Program-made: the position numbers and the translations under genes
Shown: piece after piece, positions 60,808 through 64,000 of the stretch
Position numbering within the stretch: the stretch's first letter is position 1
Layout: each line of letters starts with the position of its first letter
DNA from: Amphiscolops sp. MND2022
Taxonomy: Eukaryota
Direction of reading: 5' to 3'
Assembly: GCA_964187785.1 (NCBI GenBank)
Contig: OZ076419.1
Coordinates: forward strand, 27,094,001 to 27,158,000
DNA length: 64,000 nt
Notes under the pieces: model-generated
The model's input: the letters and a program-made list of their open reading frames with translations, nothing else
The model's database searches: none
Told to the model about the DNA's origin: nothing

Positions 60808-61924
60808 ACAAACCTCAAAGGATTATTTACACGGTCAAGGATCCTCAAGCTTTGTATTAGATGCTAGGACCTTCAAAGACCCTTCGAAGAAACTGATTTT
60901 TGAGCACCTGTATCAACTCAATGTGTTAATTAACATTAATTTTTACGTAGATCACAAACTTTCAAAACTCATTCGAATAGAATTTCAGTTAGATAAATTA
61001 TCAATATTCATAGCCCTAGTTTTCGAAAGTCAGAAACTCTGTAAATTTCGGCGAAAATTGTATGCAATAAGGAATTATTTTGTACAAGAATATATTTTTC
61101 AAATATTAAACAATTACTACACTTCTTTTTACGTCTGCAAGGTAAATTAACAAAAACACTTACCAAGCTTTACGACGGCCTGGTTGACAACTTGCGGACA
61201 ATTTTACAACTGATTTGTCCAGGAAAGGCACTTGCAAAACCACTACTCGAAAACCTTTAATGGTTGATATCGCAACTATTTTCAAAGGAAAATTTAGCTT
61301 GCGTTACTTTGAATAAGTTTCGGAAGTCGGTGAAGCAATTACTGCATCTTTGACTTTGCACTTATTCTGTTTCACAAATATAAAGTAGCTTTGGAGCTCT
61401 AAATTGTGATTATAGGAATCAACTTAGCTGTCTCGATGAGTGGTAGCGTCGTTGATCTGCTAAACCAAACGATAAGTCCAAGTCCTTGCGTCCACGATAA
61501 CTTTCTCAAGCAAAAATATCGCAACTATATGCAATATAATAAATTGACGTTGGAATTTCGAAACAATATAATATCAGTCGTTCAACTCCAAAAAAGCCCT
61601 TCAATAGCCAGAGTTAACTCAATTAATTGTACGAGAAACTTCCAAGCTTTCACTTTCTTCAATGCTTGAGTAGCAAAGTCGACTGATTTGGATCTCTACT
61701 TGTGTCTTGGTAGGAGTTAACTCTGGTTACTTTAGCATACAGGAAATACCTGATGGCGGATGTTTGTGGTCCAATTTACCATCACCATACAAGCGCCTTG
61801 ATGTATAGAATTATAGAATAAGCAGAAACAAACTATTTAAGTGGGCTGGAGGTATACACCAAAATATGTGAAAGTATATATAAAAAGCATACATTTAAGC
61901 AAGAATAAGGCATAGATCTACACG

Positions 61925-62283
61925 TGTTATTTGCTGTTAAAAAATCAGCGAAGTTCACAAACAGTCCTCATGGGTCCTACGGACACTCATGTAGCCCAAA
62001 TATGGCGTTCATAACAAGGTAAAGACGATAAGCAAAGAATAAAGTCCAAATTTACAGTAATTTTGGAAAAAGAATCAAAAATGGAGCCTAGAACACGAAA
62101 AGAAATTTTTTTCTCTTCGATTTTCGCTTTTTTGGTCTGGATTGCTTCTAGGGGTCAAATAATTGGGATTGGGTGAAAACTAGCGCTCAAATACACTTAT
62201 ACACCATTTTACAGCACTTTTAGCTAGGCTATATTGACCTATTTTTTCGCTAAGTTTTTTGAATCTCGTTTGAGGCGCCAACA
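61925..62283 (-). repeat. Probable 3' LTR of the BEL/Pao element (left boundary uncertain)
   Basis: On the minus strand the ORF stop is followed by AAAACGGGGCCGGCA (PPT-like) and then TGTTGGCGCC at 62283. Candidate ...AACA ends at 61935 or 61925. The partner LTR is outside the window. Confidence 0.5.
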
Positions 62284-62303
62284 ATGCCGGCCCCGTTTTC
62301 AGA

Positions 62304-64000
62304 TTAAAAACGCTCATTAAAAACTGGCGCCAAGCGTACTACAGGTCGTTTGAAGGTACCATCATGAGTTTTGATGAGCACTGATCTCACTACACCATCT
62401 TTTGCTGGATATATTTCTTTGATTCGTGCCATCTTGTAATGAGATCTTTTCACATTGTTATCAACCAACCACACCAAGTCTCCAACTTGAACATTGGCTT
62501 CTGATTTGTTCCACCTGGTTCTGACATTGTTTTGTGGGAGATATTCACTAACCCACCTTTTCCAAATCATATCAGCATAGGCCTGGCAGGATCGGAACAT
62601 TTTCCGATGATTGGAATAAATTTGAGCATTGGGAATAAAGGGTATACAAACATTCGCTCGTCCCAAAATAAAATGATTGGGCGTAAGTGCCTTTAAGTCT
62701 GAAGGATCATCGCTTGCTGGGGTAATTGGACGCGCATTTAATGTTTGTTCCACTAAGCACATAGTTGTCAATAAAGCTTCATCTGTAAGAGATCGATTAC
62801 CCAATATAGCCACCATTGCCTTTTTGCAACTTCTAACTAATCTCTCCCATACACCACCAAAATGGGGTGCACCAGGAGGTTTAAACTTCCATAAAATGTG
62901 CTTCTGAGCAAGTTCTGACGTTATTTGATCTTGATTCCATGAGTTGATGTACTCCTTCAACTCTCTTGCAGATCCCACGAAGTTAATACCATTATCACTT
63001 AAAATGGTTGTTGGCTTGCCACGTCTAGCAATAAACCTCTTTATAGCTACCAAGCAGGAGTCTGTATCAAGGCTTCGGACTACCTCGATGTGTACTGCTT
63101 TGGTAAATAAACATGTAAATAAACAACACCAACGTTTCATGGATCTTCGCAACAGTTTAACTTCAAACGGCCCAAAATAAACTATACCAACATGAGTAAA
63201 AGGGTGAGACTGATAATCGAGTCTCTCTGCAGGTAAATCGGCCATGAGAGGAAGGTTTATCTGCGCACGTAATTTGCGACAGAATACACAACTACTTTTG
63301 ATGCTCCTCAAAGCATTTCGTAATCCCAAAATCCAAAACTTCTGTTGGTTTACGCTTCTAATGTACTCTACTCCTTCATGGTTGTGTTCGAGATGTAAAT
63401 CACGTAACAAAACTTTAACAAAATCGTGTTTCGTGGACAGGAGAATTGGATGGCGTTGTTCAAAGCTCAAATTTGCATGTTTAATACGTCCTCCTACTCT
63501 TATTATGCCAGTATCGTCAAAAAATTGAGAAAATTTTGCCAAATCCCCAACTTTGTTTGTCTTACCGAACGTTTGCTTTTCTTCATGAACTACTGGAAAA
63601 GTTTCTCGTTGAATTAGCTTGAAAACCCTTTCTTCCGCCCGTTTCAATTCACCGGGAAGTAGAATTTCGGATTGACTTCCAAACTTCACACGTAGACAAA
63701 ATGCTATAACACGCACACATTTGGAAAAGCTACTAAATCTGCTCCAATCAACTATTGGCTCCTGAGTCATGCTTGTGTTCGCAATTACTGCAACTGCAGC
63801 ATTTTCATCAGGCACCAAGTTAACTGGTTGCAGAGACAAAGGCCAATCGTCAGGGTGGTCTTTGAGCCAAATTGGTCCAGAAAAGCAATCGCTTTCGGTC
63901 AATTTCTGTATAGTAATTCCACGTGATCCAATATCTGATGGATTCAATTCACCTTTAACGTGTTTCCATTTTTCAATTGTGGAATTTTCCAAGATCTCAG
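62304..64000 (-). CDS. BEL/Pao retrotransposon Pol C-terminus (RNase H end, integrase, C-terminal domain); 5' part outside the window
   Basis: NPSDIGSRG, HPILL, HHCC-type H...H...CVFC, integrase core VGIVYFGPF / SDNG.NF / GGVWERLV, LTPNHFILG and C-terminal GDLVWL...RPVVRLAPV, all typical of BEL/Pao. Confidence 0.93.
   Translation of the reverse strand, partial: EILENSTIEKWKHVKGELNPSDIGSRGITIQKLTESDCFSGPIWLKDHPDDWPLSLQPVNLVPDENAAVAVIANTSMTQEPIVDWSRFSSFSKCVRVIAFCLRVKFGSQSEILLPGELKRAEERVFKLIQRETFPVVHEEKQTFGKTNKVGDLAKFSQFFDDTGIIRVGGRIKHANLSFEQRHPILLSTKHDFVKVLLRDLHLEHNHEGVEYIRSVNQQKFWILGLRNALRSIKSSCVFCRKLRAQINLPLMADLPAERLDYQSHPFTHVGIVYFGPFEVKLLRRSMKRWCCLFTCLFTKAVHIEVVRSLDTDSCLVAIKRFIARRGKPTTILSDNGINFVGSARELKEYINSWNQDQITSELAQKHILWKFKPPGAPHFGGVWERLVRSCKKAMVAILGNRSLTDEALLTTMCLVEQTLNARPITPASDDPSDLKALTPNHFILGRANVCIPFIPNAQIYSNHRKMFRSCQAYADMIWKRWVSEYLPQNNVRTRWNKSEANVQVGDLVWLVDNNVKRSHYKMARIKEIYPAKDGVVRSVLIKTHDGTFKRPVVRLAPVFNERF

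Overview
AT-rich, repeat-dense animal (invertebrate) nuclear DNA; no prokaryotic genes or CRISPR. Two host genes are supported. (1) A complete six-exon ANTP/NK-like homeobox gene on the minus strand (ATG 22202 to TGA 8440, 527 aa as spliced by hand), with an N-terminal eh1 motif and a Nedx/Lms-type homeodomain. (2) Two N-terminal exons of a nicotinic-acetylcholine-receptor-like Cys-loop channel subunit on the plus strand (58280-58948), joined by a probable GC-AG intron. The rest is layered mobile DNA: two internally deleted Gypsy elements (263-3475, 4503-8018); a 5.1-kb non-coding LTR element with identical 756-bp LTRs sitting 3 nt into a homeobox intron (13449-18579); a putative 1.5-kb solo LTR containing a 184-codon ORF (35370-36876); the 3' part of a BEL/Pao element (from about 61925 to the window end); LINE relics; MITEs with TTAA, 8-bp, 9-bp and 2-bp target duplications; and at least 12 copies or fragments of a Helentron/DINE-1-like family. 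There is also a spacerless 369-bp palindrome, a 59-bp satellite and a 960-bp tandem duplication. All alignments and identities were made by eye; family assignments come from motif recognition, not database searches. The repeat style is reminiscent of acoel flatworm assemblies, but that is an unverified recollection.
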